Below the pieces are notes generated by a model that saw nothing but the letters and a program-made list of their open reading frames with translations, did not search any database and was not told the origin of the DNA. Shown piece after piece: positions 54,703-64,000 of a stretch of 64,000 bases of DNA. Source of the DNA: an uncultured Gammaproteobacteria bacterium (GTDB lineage: Bacteria > Patescibacteriota > Microgenomatia > Daviesbacterales > UBA10151); contig CAYMZD010000002.1 of assembly GCA_964394855.1 (NCBI GenBank), positions 60,575 through 124,574 on the forward strand, in the 5' to 3' direction. Every line of letters begins with the position of its first letter. The first letter of the stretch is position 1. The position numbers and the translations under genes are program-made.

Positions 54703-57700
54703 ATGTCTAAACTTGCAACGCCAAACACAAGGGAAACTTCCAGAAAATATTGGGGGAAGGTTTTGAGCTTAAAACCAGAGCTCAATTTAACAAAACTACA
54801 AAGAGACTCCTATAGCGATTTTTTAACTGAAGGAATAAGAGAAATTTTAGCGGAAATTTCACCAGTTGAAGATTTTACCGGTAAAAATTGGGTACTGGAA
54901 TTTGGCGATTATTCTTTTGGCAAGCCAAAATACACTGCAGAAAAAGCTTCTGAAAAAGGAGTAACTTTTGATGCTCCTCTAAAGGTTCAAACCATGCTGA
55001 CTAATAAACAAACAGGCCAAAAATGGCAGCAAGAAGTTTTCTTGGGTGATATTCCCCAAATGACAGATAAGGGTACATTTATTATCAATGGAGTGGAGAG
55101 AGCTATTGTTAATCAGATAGTTCGTTCTCCTGGTGTATTTTTCTCTGCCATTGATGATCCGATTACCGGTCGTCGTTTATATCAGGCAGAACTTCGTCCT
55201 TATCGTGGTTCTTGGCTGGAGTTTTCTGTTTCCCGTTCAGATGTTTTGACTGTTAAAATAGATAGAAGAAGAAAATTTGCAGCCACCACTTTTCTTCGGG
55301 CAATTGGATTTTCCAGTGCTGAAGAAATTATAGATTTATTTAAAGATGTTGATGTCAACAATGAGCATAAATTAATCGAAACAACCCTTTCTAAAGATTC
55401 TACCCAAAGCAGCGATGAGGCACTGCTAGAAATTTTCCGCAAAATGAGACCAGGAGACCCAGTGGTTTTGGATACTGCCAAAGGGCTTTTAGAGGGGATG
55501 TTTTTTAACACTAGGCGCTATAACTTAACTAAGGTTGGTAGATTTAAGATTAATAAACGTTTAGGTTTAAATATTCCCAACACCAGCGAAACTCATGTTT
55601 TAGTCAAAGAAGATATCGTAACCACCCTGAAATATTTAATTGGTTTAACCAATGGTCAAGGTAAGCTTGATGATATTGATCATTTGGCTAACAGGCGGGT
55701 ACGTTGTGTGGGAGAGCTGGTACAACAAAATGCTTTCCGAAATGGCACCTTGCGTTTAGAAAGAGTAATAAAAGAAAGGATGAGTTTGCTTTCTTTGGAC
55801 CAGGAGATAGTACCAGCAGCTCTGTTTAATGCTAAGCCGGTGATAGCTTCTATTAATGAATTTTTCCGTTCATCACAACTTTCCTCAATTTTAGATCAGA
55901 CAAATCCTCTATCTGAAGTTGATCATTTGCGCAGGTTATCAGTGATGGGGATAGGTGGTATCACCAGAGACAGAGCCAGTTTCTCCATTCGTGATATTAA
56001 TCACAGTCAATATGGTAGGATTTGTCCTATCCGTTCACCTGAAGGACAAAACATTGGTTTGGTAACTTATTTAGCACTTTATTCACGCATTAATGAATAT
56101 GGATTTTTGGAGACTCCATACAGAAAGGTTGTTTTAAAAAATGGTAAACCAAAAATTACCGATGAAGTAGTTTATTTATCAGCAGATGATGAAGAAGATT
56201 TTATTATTACCGAAGCAACGGTGACTACTGATAAGGATGGTTATATCACTCAAGCTAGGATTCCGGCCAGACAAAAAGGAAATTTCTTTGAAGCTTCAGC
56301 TAAAGAAATTGATTTAATTGATATCTCTGCTCAACAAATTGTGGGGACTGCAGCTTCACTTATCCCTTTTTTAGCTCATGATGATGCCAACAGGGCGTTA
56401 ATGGGGACTCACATGCAGTGTCAATCAGTACCTTTACTCATCCCTTCTGCTCCAATAGTGGGAACTGGTATGGAGCGGGTGGTGGCTGATAATATGGCTA
56501 GAGTTATTCGTGCCCCTGAAGCAGGAGTGATTAGTTTTGTGGATGCCACCAAAGTTGTTTTAAAAACCAAGAAAGAAGAACTGACATTTGAAATCAAAAA
56601 ATTCGTCAATTCCCCACAAGGGACTTGTTATTCACAGCGACCACTGGTCAAACTGGGACAAAAAATTCAAGCCGAAGATTTACTAATAGATGGGGTGGCA
56701 ACTCAAAATGGAGAGCTGGCCCTGGGACAGAATTTGCTAATAGCTTACATGAGTTTTGATGGCTTGGGTTATGAGGATGCTATTGTTATTTCCGATCGTT
56801 TAGTCAAACAAGATATTCTTTCATCTATTCATATTGAAGAATATGAGGTTGATGTAGTAGAGACAAAACTTGGTCCAGAAGAGCTGACTCGTGATATCCC
56901 TAATATGTCAGAAGATACACTGGCTAATTTAGACGAATATGGTATTATTCGCATCGGCGCAGAAGTTGGCCCGAACTCTATCTTGGTGGGCAAGGTGCAG
57001 CCTAAAGGAGAAACAGAGTTGACTGCAGAAGAAAGATTACTGCAGGCAATTTTTGGAGAGAAGGCTAAAGAGATTAGAGATACTTCTTTGCGCATGCCTC
57101 ATGGAGAAAGAGGAACTGTGATTGCTGTGCAAATTCTCTCTCGTGATGAGGGAGACGAGCTAGACGCAGGGACTTTAAAAAGGATTAAAGTAAAAGTGGC
57201 GCAGCTTAGAAAAGTGACAGAAGGGGATAAGCTGGCTGGGCGTCATGGTAATAAAGGAGTGATATCTAAAATTGTTCCTGAAGCAGACATGCCCTATCTA
57301 CCTAGCGGAGAGAGAATAGATATTATCATTTCACCCTTATCTGTGCTTTCTCGTATGAATTTAGGTCAGTTGATGGAGACTCATTGGGGATTTGCCGCCC
57401 AAAAACTTGACTTTAAAGTGACCGCGCCAGTTTTTGAAAAAATTCCAGAAGAAATTTTAGTTGAGCAGCTCAAAAAAGCTGGTTTGCCCGCTGATGGTAA
57501 ATGTAAATTAATTGATGGTCGAACTGGCGAATACTTTAATTCCCCGGTAGTGGTAGGTCATAATTATATTATGAAACTTATCCACATGGTGGAAGAAAAG
57601 ATTCATGCTCGTTCCACTGGACCCTATTCGCTGGTGACTCAACAACCCCTTGGTGGAAAGGCTCAAATGGGGGGGCAACGTCTGGGAGAGATGGAGGTTT

Positions 57701-58050
57701 GGGCACTGGAGGCATATGGTGCAGCCCATATTTTGCAGGAGATGTTGACTATCAAGTCAGATGACGTAGTGGGCAGGGCTAAAGCCTTTGAGGCTATTGT
57801 GAAAGGAGTAGATATCCCTCAAGCTTTAATTCCGGAAAGCTTTAAGGTATTAGTGAAAGAATTACAAGCGCTAAACTTGGGAGTGGAAACCATGGGGGCT
57901 AAAATAATTGCCGCTCCTGTAGTAGAGGAGCAACCACAAGTACAAAAGGAAGCCAGGGAGTTGCAAGAAGCATTGGAGGCGACTAAAACAAGTAACGAAG
58001 AAGAAATTATACAGGGCCCCATGGAAGTAGAAGAAGCAAATATAGAATGA
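54703..58050 (+). CDS. rpoB: DNA-directed RNA polymerase subunit beta
   Basis: 1115 aa with canonical RpoB blocks (GTFIINGVERAIVNQIVRSPGVFF, NPLSEVDHLRRLS, GLVTYLA, HGNKGVISKI, AQMGGQRLGEMEVWALEAYGAA). Confidence 0.97.
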   Translation: MSKLATPNTRETSRKYWGKVLSLKPELNLTKLQRDSYSDFLTEGIREILAEISPVEDFTGKNWVLEFGDYSFGKPKYTAEKASEKGVTFDAPLKVQTMLTNKQTGQKWQQEVFLGDIPQMTDKGTFIINGVERAIVNQIVRSPGVFFSAIDDPITGRRLYQAELRPYRGSWLEFSVSRSDVLTVKIDRRRKFAATTFLRAIGFSSAEEIIDLFKDVDVNNEHKLIETTLSKDSTQSSDEALLEIFRKMRPGDPVVLDTAKGLLEGMFFNTRRYNLTKVGRFKINKRLGLNIPNTSETHVLVKEDIVTTLKYLIGLTNGQGKLDDIDHLANRRVRCVGELVQQNAFRNGTLRLERVIKERMSLLSLDQEIVPAALFNAKPVIASINEFFRSSQLSSILDQTNPLSEVDHLRRLSVMGIGGITRDRASFSIRDINHSQYGRICPIRSPEGQNIGLVTYLALYSRINEYGFLETPYRKVVLKNGKPKITDEVVYLSADDEEDFIITEATVTTDKDGYITQARIPARQKGNFFEASAKEIDLIDISAQQIVGTAASLIPFLAHDDANRALMGTHMQCQSVPLLIPSAPIVGTGMERVVADNMARVIRAPEAGVISFVDATKVVLKTKKEELTFEIKKFVNSPQGTCYSQRPLVKLGQKIQAEDLLIDGVATQNGELALGQNLLIAYMSFDGLGYEDAIVISDRLVKQDILSSIHIEEYEVDVVETKLGPEELTRDIPNMSEDTLANLDEYGIIRIGAEVGPNSILVGKVQPKGETELTAEERLLQAIFGEKAKEIRDTSLRMPHGERGTVIAVQILSRDEGDELDAGTLKRIKVKVAQLRKVTEGDKLAGRHGNKGVISKIVPEADMPYLPSGERIDIIISPLSVLSRMNLGQLMETHWGFAAQKLDFKVTAPVFEKIPEEILVEQLKKAGLPADGKCKLIDGRTGEYFNSPVVVGHNYIMKLIHMVEEKIHARSTGPYSLVTQQPLGGKAQMGGQRLGEMEVWALEAYGAAHILQEMLTIKSDDVVGRAKAFEAIVKGVDIPQALIPESFKVLVKELQALNLGVETMGAKIIAAPVVEEQPQVQKEARELQEALEATKTSNEEEIIQGPMEVEEANIE

Positions 58051-61000
58051 ACGACTTACTTGATTTTGAAAGTTTAAAACTAACTATTGCCAGTCCGGAC
58101 CAAATCAGTAGCTGGTCCTTTGGTGAAGTTATCAAACCAGAGACGATCAATTATAGAACTCAAAAAGCGGAGAAAGATGGACTTTTTTCGGAAAATATCT
58201 TCGGTCCGACCAAAGATTATGAATGTTATTGTGGTAAGTATAAAAGAATTCGTTACCGTGGAGTAATTTGCGATAAATGTGGTGTGGAAGTGACCCAATC
58301 AAGGGTCAGACGGGAACGGATGGGTCATATAAACTTGGCTGCTGCAGTAGCACATATTTGGTTTGTTAAAGGCGCACCCAGTAAATTATCATTACTTTTG
58401 GATATTTCCCCCAAAAATTTGGAGGCGGTGATTTATTTTGCATCATTTCTGGTGATTGATATTTTGCCAGAGAAGAAAACTAAAGCTATTGAAAAATTAA
58501 ATAAAGACCTTGAAGAGAAACTCCAAGAGTCTAAAAAAAGCTTGGAAAAAGAAATCAAGAACCTGGGGGGGGTTCTTCACAAAGCCCAAACAGGCTTGAA
58601 GAAAAAATTTGCTCCTAAAGGGAAAGAAAAATTAGAATTGCTTACCCAAGAGTTAGAGCTTAAAAATAGACAGGAAGTTCAACGCTTAAGGTCTAATCAA
58701 GTCACAGAGCAGGGCCAATTGAAGGATATTTATCAGGCTGTTTCCAGCCTGGTCAAAAGCATTGTTCCTCTAAAACTTTTATCAGAGGATGAATATTACA
58801 AATTAGAGGAATATGGAGTGTCTGATTTTGTGACTGTGGGCATGGGGGCAGAAGCCTTGCTGGAGATTCTAAAAAAGATCGATTTAGATAAACTCTCTGC
58901 CACCTTAAGGGAAGAGGTGAGGAAATCTACAGGTCAGCGCCACATCAAAGCTACTAAAAGACTGCGTTTAATAGAAGGTATGCGTTCGGCTGAACTTAAA
59001 CCAGAGTGGATGGTTTTATCAGTCTTGCCGGTTTTACCACCAGAACTTCGTCCAATGGTCCAACTTCAAGGAGGAAGATTTGCCACCTCTGACCTAAACG
59101 ACCTTTATAGAAGAGTCATAAATCGTAATAACAGATTGAAAAGGTTGATAGATTTAGGGGCACCAGAAATTATCCTACGCAATGAAAAAAGGATGTTACA
59201 AGAAGCTGTAGATGCTTTAATAGATGTTACCCAAAGATCAAACAGGAGGGGAGCTGGAGTGCATATACTCCGTTCCTTATCAGATATGTTGCGAGGAAAA
59301 CAGGGTCGTTTCAGGCAAAACCTTTTAGGGAAAAGGGTAGATTACTCTGGAAGATCAGTAATTGTGGTTGGCCCAAAACTGCGGCTTGATCAAGTGGGTC
59401 TACCCAAAGAAATGGCTTTGGAAATGTTTAAACCATTTGTATTGCGTGAGATGATTGCCAAGGGTTTAGCTTCCAATGTGAAAGGAGCAAAAAATGTTTT
59501 GGAGCTTCGTCCAAGCGAAATTTGGGATATTCTGGAAGATATTATTGAAGGTCATCCTATTTTAATCAATAGGGCTCCCACTCTTCATCGACTAGGTATA
59601 CAAGCTTTTTATCCGGTTTTAGTGGAAGGTAATGCAATTGCTATTCATCCTTGTATTTGTGCTGGATTTGGCGCTGACTTTGATGGTGATCAAATGGCAG
59701 TCCATGTACCACTTTCTCAAAAGGCTCAAGCAGAAGCCAGGAATTTAATGACAGCTAGAGAGAATATTCTAAAACCTTCTGATGCATCGCCGATTACTTT
59801 ACCAAACAAAGAGATGGCCCTGGGGGCTTTTTATGTCACGTCTGTGGATATGGCTGCTACTCAACCTGACGAAAAAAGTAAAATATTCCTTCCCGATGAA
59901 GCAATATATGCTTTTAAAATAGCTAGATTAAACTTAAGACAGTTAATTAAAGTTAAGATCGGTGAAGATATCATAGAAACAACAGTTGGTAGATTAATAT
60001 TCAACAATATTTTACCAGAGCCTTTAAGATTTATTAATGAGAGTGTGGGGGGGACAGTCATCAAGAAAATTATCACTGATGCTTTTAATACCTTTGATCG
60101 TGACAGTGTGGTAGTGCTTATAGATGATATTAAGAATTTAGGTTTTTGGGGAGCAACTATAGCCGGTATCTCTGTGGGGATTTTTGATAATAAAATTGTC
60201 CAAGAAAAAGATAAAGTAATTGCCGAAGGGGATAAAGAAGTTAGCGAAATAGAAGCTCATTTCAAAAAAGGTTTAATCACCAGTGATGAGAAAGAGATGC
60301 TTTCCCATGGTGTTTGGATTAAAACCACAGAAGAAGTATATCGGTTGACTTGGCAAGCCATGAGCAGCGATAATCCAGTAAGGGTGATTGTGGATTCTGG
60401 TGGGGCCAGAGCCACTGCAGAACAGATTAAACAATTATCTGGAATGAGAGGGTTATCAGTTGACCCCACTGGTAAAATTGTAGGTTTACCCACCAAATCA
60501 AATTATCGCCAGGGTTTGAGTGTTTTTGAATATTTCACTTCTGCTAGAGGAGCGAGGAAAGGAGTAGCTGATAAAGCACTCAAGACTGCTGATGCAGGCT
60601 ATTTAACCAGAAGATTGGTTGATGTAGCCCATGATGTTATTATCCGCCTGGAGGATTGTGGCACTAAAGAAGGTTTAAGATTACAGTTGCCAAAAGAAAA
60701 CATCAATTCTGCCATCAGCCGTTTCTTGGGTAGAAGAACTTTAGAAAAAGTGACTCACCCCAAACTTAAAAAAGTTATTGTGGAAGCTGGTAGTTTTCTC
60801 ACGGAAAACGAGATTGCGCAAATGATGCAAGTCGGAGTTGATAGTATTTCGGTACGCTCCCCCCTAACTTGTGAAGCAAAATATGGTCTTTGTGGGGGCT
60901 GTTATGGGTTTGATTTAACTACCAGGCAACCTGTTAATGTGGGGGTACCAGTAGGAGTGGTGGCTGCTCAAAGTATCGGTGAGCCAGGGACACAGTTGAC

Positions 61001-61745
61001 TATGAGAACTTTCCATAGTGGGGGAATTGTGGGGTTAGATATTACGTCTGGTCTGCCTAGAGTAGAAGAACTGTTTGAGGCGCGTTCACCTAAGCTAATT
61101 GCCCCCGTCTCTGAAATTGCTGGGAAAGTATCCATTATAGAAACAGATATGGGGATTAAGGTAAGAGTTAGAACCACCCAAAAACCACACGAAGAGAGAG
61201 AATACCTTATTCCGGCTACAGCTAATCTGTTAGTGGAAAATGGGCAGCTAATTGCTGCTGGAACATCTCTTTCTAGTGGGCATTTAGACATTAAAGATAT
61301 TCTCAAGGTGAAAGGATTGAGGGAGGCACAAAGGTATATTGTTGATGAGGTTAAGCAGGTTTATGAAGGTCAGGGCGTTCCCCTTAATGAGCGTCATTTT
61401 GAAATAATTGTTCGCAAAATGTCTGATAAAGTCAGGATCGAATCTCAAGGTAATACCAATCTTTTGCCAGGAGAAATAGTAGATAGATTGAGATTTAATG
61501 AGGAAAACCAACGAGTTTTGGCGGGTGGAGGGGATCCAGCCACAGCTGAAATTGTGATATTGGGTATCACCAGAGCCAGTTTACAAACAGAAAGCTTTTT
61601 GTCTGCAGCCAGTTTTCAGGAAACTACCACTGTTTTGGCAGATGCTGCTGCTCAAGGTAAGGTGGATCGTTTGATTGGCTTAAAGGAAAACGTTATAATA
61701 GGAAGGCTTATTCCAACTAGTCCAGAACGAGCTCATATTGAATAA
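58047..61745 (+). CDS. rpoC: DNA-directed RNA polymerase subunit beta'
   Basis: Zn-finger [35 protein letters not shown] catalytic loop, trigger loop/bridge helix; 4-nt overlap with rpoB. Confidence 0.97.
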   Translation: MNDLLDFESLKLTIASPDQISSWSFGEVIKPETINYRTQKAEKDGLFSENIFGPTKDYECYCGKYKRIRYRGVICDKCGVEVTQSRVRRERMGHINLAAAVAHIWFVKGAPSKLSLLLDISPKNLEAVIYFASFLVIDILPEKKTKAIEKLNKDLEEKLQESKKSLEKEIKNLGGVLHKAQTGLKKKFAPKGKEKLELLTQELELKNRQEVQRLRSNQVTEQGQLKDIYQAVSSLVKSIVPLKLLSEDEYYKLEEYGVSDFVTVGMGAEALLEILKKIDLDKLSATLREEVRKSTGQRHIKATKRLRLIEGMRSAELKPEWMVLSVLPVLPPELRPMVQLQGGRFATSDLNDLYRRVINRNNRLKRLIDLGAPEIILRNEKRMLQEAVDALIDVTQRSNRRGAGVHILRSLSDMLRGKQGRFRQNLLGKRVDYSGRSVIVVGPKLRLDQVGLPKEMALEMFKPFVLREMIAKGLASNVKGAKNVLELRPSEIWDILEDIIEGHPILINRAPTLHRLGIQAFYPVLVEGNAIAIHPCICAGFGADFDGDQMAVHVPLSQKAQAEARNLMTARENILKPSDASPITLPNKEMALGAFYVTSVDMAATQPDEKSKIFLPDEAIYAFKIARLNLRQLIKVKIGEDIIETTVGRLIFNNILPEPLRFINESVGGTVIKKIITDAFNTFDRDSVVVLIDDIKNLGFWGATIAGISVGIFDNKIVQEKDKVIAEGDKEVSEIEAHFKKGLITSDEKEMLSHGVWIKTTEEVYRLTWQAMSSDNPVRVIVDSGGARATAEQIKQLSGMRGLSVDPTGKIVGLPTKSNYRQGLSVFEYFTSARGARKGVADKALKTADAGYLTRRLVDVAHDVIIRLEDCGTKEGLRLQLPKENINSAISRFLGRRTLEKVTHPKLKKVIVEAGSFLTENEIAQMMQVGVDSISVRSPLTCEAKYGLCGGCYGFDLTTRQPVNVGVPVGVVAAQSIGEPGTQLTMRTFHSGGIVGLDITSGLPRVEELFEARSPKLIAPVSEIAGKVSIIETDMGIKVRVRTTQKPHEEREYLIPATANLLVENGQLIAAGTSLSSGHLDIKDILKVKGLREAQRYIVDEVKQVYEGQGVPLNERHFEIIVRKMSDKVRIESQGNTNLLPGEIVDRLRFNEENQRVLAGGGDPATAEIVILGITRASLQTESFLSAASFQETTTVLADAAAQGKVDRLIGLKENVIIGRLIPTSPERAHIE

Positions 61746-61759
61746 CAGTACACAAAAAT

Positions 61760-62242
61760 ATGCCAACTATTAGTCAACTTGTTAGAAAAGGCAGAAAAAA
61801 GGTGAGTAAAAAAATTAAAGCTACGGCACTGCGCCGAAGCTTTAATGCTAAAAGTCGCCGCTATATCCAAACTTTTAATCCGTATAAGCGGGGAGTGGTC
61901 ACTTTGGTTAAAACCATGACTCCCAAAAAACCCAACTCTGCCCTCCGTAAGGTGGCCAGGGTGAGACTTTCCAATAGAACAGAGGTAACTGCTTATATCC
62001 CTGGGGTTGGACATAACTTGGCTGAACACGGTATTGTTTTGGTAAGGGGTGGAAGAGTAAAAGATTTACCAGGTGTAAAGTATCATATTATTCGTGGCAA
62101 ATTAGATTTGGAAGGAGTGATGGGTAGGAAAAGAGGTAGATCAAAATATGGAGCTAAACGTTCTGGTACAATGGCCCCACGTCCCCAAACCGGACCAGCT
62201 CCAGAGGTAGCTCAAGTAAGAGGTATAACAAATGAGGAGTAA
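61760..62242 (+). CDS. rpsL: 30S ribosomal protein S12 (with internal ~12-aa insertion and ~25-aa C-terminal extension)
   Basis: [70 protein letters not shown]. Extra segment [14 protein letters not shown] and a tail [26 protein letters not shown] overlapping the rpsG start. Confidence 0.9.
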   Translation: MPTISQLVRKGRKKVSKKIKATALRRSFNAKSRRYIQTFNPYKRGVVTLVKTMTPKKPNSALRKVARVRLSNRTEVTAYIPGVGHNLAEHGIVLVRGGRVKDLPGVKYHIIRGKLDLEGVMGRKRGRSKYGAKRSGTMAPRPQTGPAPEVAQVRGITNEE

Positions 62243-62708
62243 AAAAGCCCCCAAAAGAATACTTGCACCTGATCCAATATATAACTCTAGGTTACTTCAC
62301 CGTTTTATCAACAAAGTGATGAAAGACGGTAAAAAAGACCTGGCTCAAAGATTGGTTTATTTGGCCTTGGATCAAATTAAAAAAGCAAAAGGTGAAGATG
62401 TCTTGAAAGTTTTTGAGCAGGCTGTTTCTAATGTTTCTCCCAAAATGGAGGTTCGCCCACGTAGAGTGGGAGGCGCATCCTATCAAGTGCCAGCGGAGGT
62501 ACGGGGGGACAGGAGAGAAGCTTTGGCTATTAGATGGATTATTGAAGGAGCCAAATCCCGTCCCAATAAAGAGTTTCATCACTTTTATGAAAAATTGGCG
62601 GCAGAACTGCAAGATGCCAGTCAAAATACAGGCTGGGCCATTAAGAAAAAGGATGATATGCAAAAAGTAGCTGCAGCCAATAGGGCTTTTGCTCATTTTA
62701 GGTGGTAA
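62232..62708 (+). CDS. rpsG: 30S ribosomal protein S7
   Basis: [50 protein letters not shown]; RBS aagagg 8 nt upstream. Confidence 0.93.
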   Translation: MRSKKAPKRILAPDPIYNSRLLHRFINKVMKDGKKDLAQRLVYLALDQIKKAKGEDVLKVFEQAVSNVSPKMEVRPRRVGGASYQVPAEVRGDRREALAIRWIIEGAKSRPNKEFHHFYEKLAAELQDASQNTGWAIKKKDDMQKVAAANRAFAHFRW

Positions 62709-62770
62709 TAATTCTACAAGAGATTATATTTGACTTTTAGCCTCAAAGAGGTTATGATTTATTGTAATAG

Positions 62771-62799
62771 CCTCCCAAAATATCAGAGGGAGGTTTTTT
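62771..62799 (+). terminator. rho-independent terminator/attenuator after rpsG
   Basis: cctccc-aaaatatcaga-gggagg followed by tttttt. Confidence 0.6.
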
Positions 62800-62817
62800 A
62801 ATAAGAGGTACAATGAA

Positions 62818-63042
62818 GTGATGGATAAAAAATTAACACAACAAAAATTGAAGATGTGGAAGGAAAATTTAGCTCATCTGGAAAATGAGCTTGCTTCCGT
62901 AATGGCAAAAAAGGGAGAAGCGGCCCAAAAGGGGGACCTTTCGGAAAATGCAGCCTATACTATGGCATCGGAAGACGCTGATACTTACAGGGTACAGATT
63001 AATCAGGTGAAAAAAATCATTGCAAACTTGGAGAGTAAGTAA
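62818..63042 (+). CDS. Gre-factor N-terminal coiled-coil domain-only protein (GreA NTD homologue, no FKBP-like CTD)
   Basis: [36 protein letters not shown] matches the GreA/GreB NTD signature GDLxENAEY with acidic tip residues. 74 aa. Stop overlaps the fusA ATG (TAATG). Confidence 0.55.
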   Translation: MMDKKLTQQKLKMWKENLAHLENELASVMAKKGEAAQKGDLSENAAYTMASEDADTYRVQINQVKKIIANLESK

Positions 63043-64000
63043 TGGCTATACAAAAGACCAAAAGGGATTTACCGCTGGATCGAATCAGAAATATTGGTAT
63101 CATAGCCCACATTGATGCTGGCAAAACCACTACCACCGAGCGGATTCTTTTTTATACTGGTAAAACTTATAAGATAGGGAACATTGATGAGGGTACCACG
63201 GTGACCGACTGGATGGCCCAGGAGCGGGAGCGGGGAATTACCATTGTTTCTGCAGCCATTACCACTTTTTGGACCCCTAAAGCTGGGCCATTTGAAAATC
63301 AAGAAACCAGGATCAATATCATTGATACTCCGGGGCATGTTGATTTTACGGCTGAAGTGGAACGCTCCCTTCGAGTTTTAGATGGTGGAGTGATTGTTTT
63401 GGATGCAGCATCAGGCGTGCAATCTCAAACTGAAACTGTTTGGAGACAGGCCAATAAATATAAAGTGCCTTTAATTGCTTTTGCCAATAAAATGGATGTG
63501 GTGGGGGCTGATTTTCTGGGTACTATCCAGTCAGCTCGTGATCGCTTGGGTGCTAATGCTGTTGCCTATAATTTACCAATTGGCCAGGAAAATGATTTCG
63601 AAGGAGTAGTTGATCTTTTAAGTAAAAAAGCTTTTATTTGGGAAGGAGTTTCCACAGGAGCACAGTTTGTGGAAACAGATATACCCAAGGATTTAGTGGA
63701 AACAGTAGAAACTCATCGCGAGAAACTCGTTGAAGAGATTGCTGGAACAGATGATATTCTAATGGAAAAATATTTAGCTGGGCAAGATATTCCTGTGGAG
63801 GAGTTAAAAAAAGCTCTCCGCCAAGCAGTTATTGATAATAAAATTGTTCCAGTGCTGGCAGGTAGTTCTCTTCGCAACAAAGGGGTTCAACCCATGCTAG
63901 ATACCGTAGTGGAATATTTACCCTCCCCACAAGATATTGCCTCTATTCATGGAACTAATCCCCAAACCGGTGAGGAGGAGGAAAGAAAAGCCGATCCAGA
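63042..64000 (+). CDS. fusA: elongation factor G, 3'-partial (runs off window)
   Basis: [53 protein letters not shown]; open at window end. Confidence 0.93.
   Translation, partial: MAIQKTKRDLPLDRIRNIGIIAHIDAGKTTTTERILFYTGKTYKIGNIDEGTTVTDWMAQERERGITIVSAAITTFWTPKAGPFENQETRINIIDTPGHVDFTAEVERSLRVLDGGVIVLDAASGVQSQTETVWRQANKYKVPLIAFANKMDVVGADFLGTIQSARDRLGANAVAYNLPIGQENDFEGVVDLLSKKAFIWEGVSTGAQFVETDIPKDLVETVETHREKLVEEIAGTDDILMEKYLAGQDIPVEELKKALRQAVIDNKIVPVLAGSSLRNKGVQPMLDTVVEYLPSPQDIASIHGTNPQTGEEEERKADP

Noticed and set aside
1-64000. Search for CRISPR arrays, tRNA/rRNA genes and other structured ncRNAs (tmRNA, RNase P, SRP) in intergenic regions.
   Set aside because: All intergenic regions are under 175 bp. 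None shows regularly spaced direct repeats or a cloverleaf-compatible arrangement. This cannot be confirmed without tRNAscan/Infernal, but nothing was supportable by eye.

Overview
Dense, low-GC (~40%) bacterial chromosome segment, mostly housekeeping genes with frequent overlapping or translationally coupled gene pairs. Many proteins are compact (short InfB, HrcA, GrpE, MetRS, AlaRS catalytic core only, truncated thioredoxin), and FemAB, sortase, type-IV-pilus PilN/PilO and LCP genes are present. This pattern is typical of a reduced-genome Gram-positive-like lineage, plausibly Patescibacteria/CPR (inference only). Gene content in window order: groEL 3' end; an orphan ORF; an envelope block (PH-domain protein, M23 peptidase, PEGA/SH3b protein, UbiA-family DPPR-synthase-like, WecA/MraY-like transferase, QxxRW processive GT2, TatD); MazG-like; metG; sbcCD; methyltransferase; FemAB; SurA-N-like; 3D/G5 protein; pcrA; trx; atl; tpiA; LCP; holA-like; an FN3+dockerin protein co-operonic with pilN/pilO; rpsT; murJ; HD hydrolase; lepA. 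A small RHH-PIN toxin-antitoxin cassette sits at the lepA 3' end, bounded by a duplicated copy of that end. Then: PNPOx-like, tmk-like, DUF378, PurM-like; the CIRCE-controlled hrcA-grpE-dnaK-dnaJ operon; and nusA-infB followed by a cardiolipin-synthase/PLD-like gene and a degenerate NrnA-like DHH pseudoenzyme instead of rbfA/truB. Then: rpsO-pnp (PNPase with an RGG tail); a stand-alone Lon-type AAA+ module translationally coupled to RNase J; ftsK; rodZ-like; a minimal alaS (no editing or C-Ala domains); an actin-fold/TM/extracellular protein plus sortase inserted before ruvX-mltG; and rpoB-rpoC-rpsL-rpsG, a Gre-factor N-domain-only ORF, and fusA as one contiguous unit. No rRNA, tRNA or CRISPR array was recognised. 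The most unusual items are the Lon-AAA+-only gene, the catalytically dead NrnA homologue, the Gre-N-domain mini-ORF coupled to fusA, the TA cassette with target duplication, the split/minimal AlaRS locus, and the FN3-dockerin/pilNO operon.
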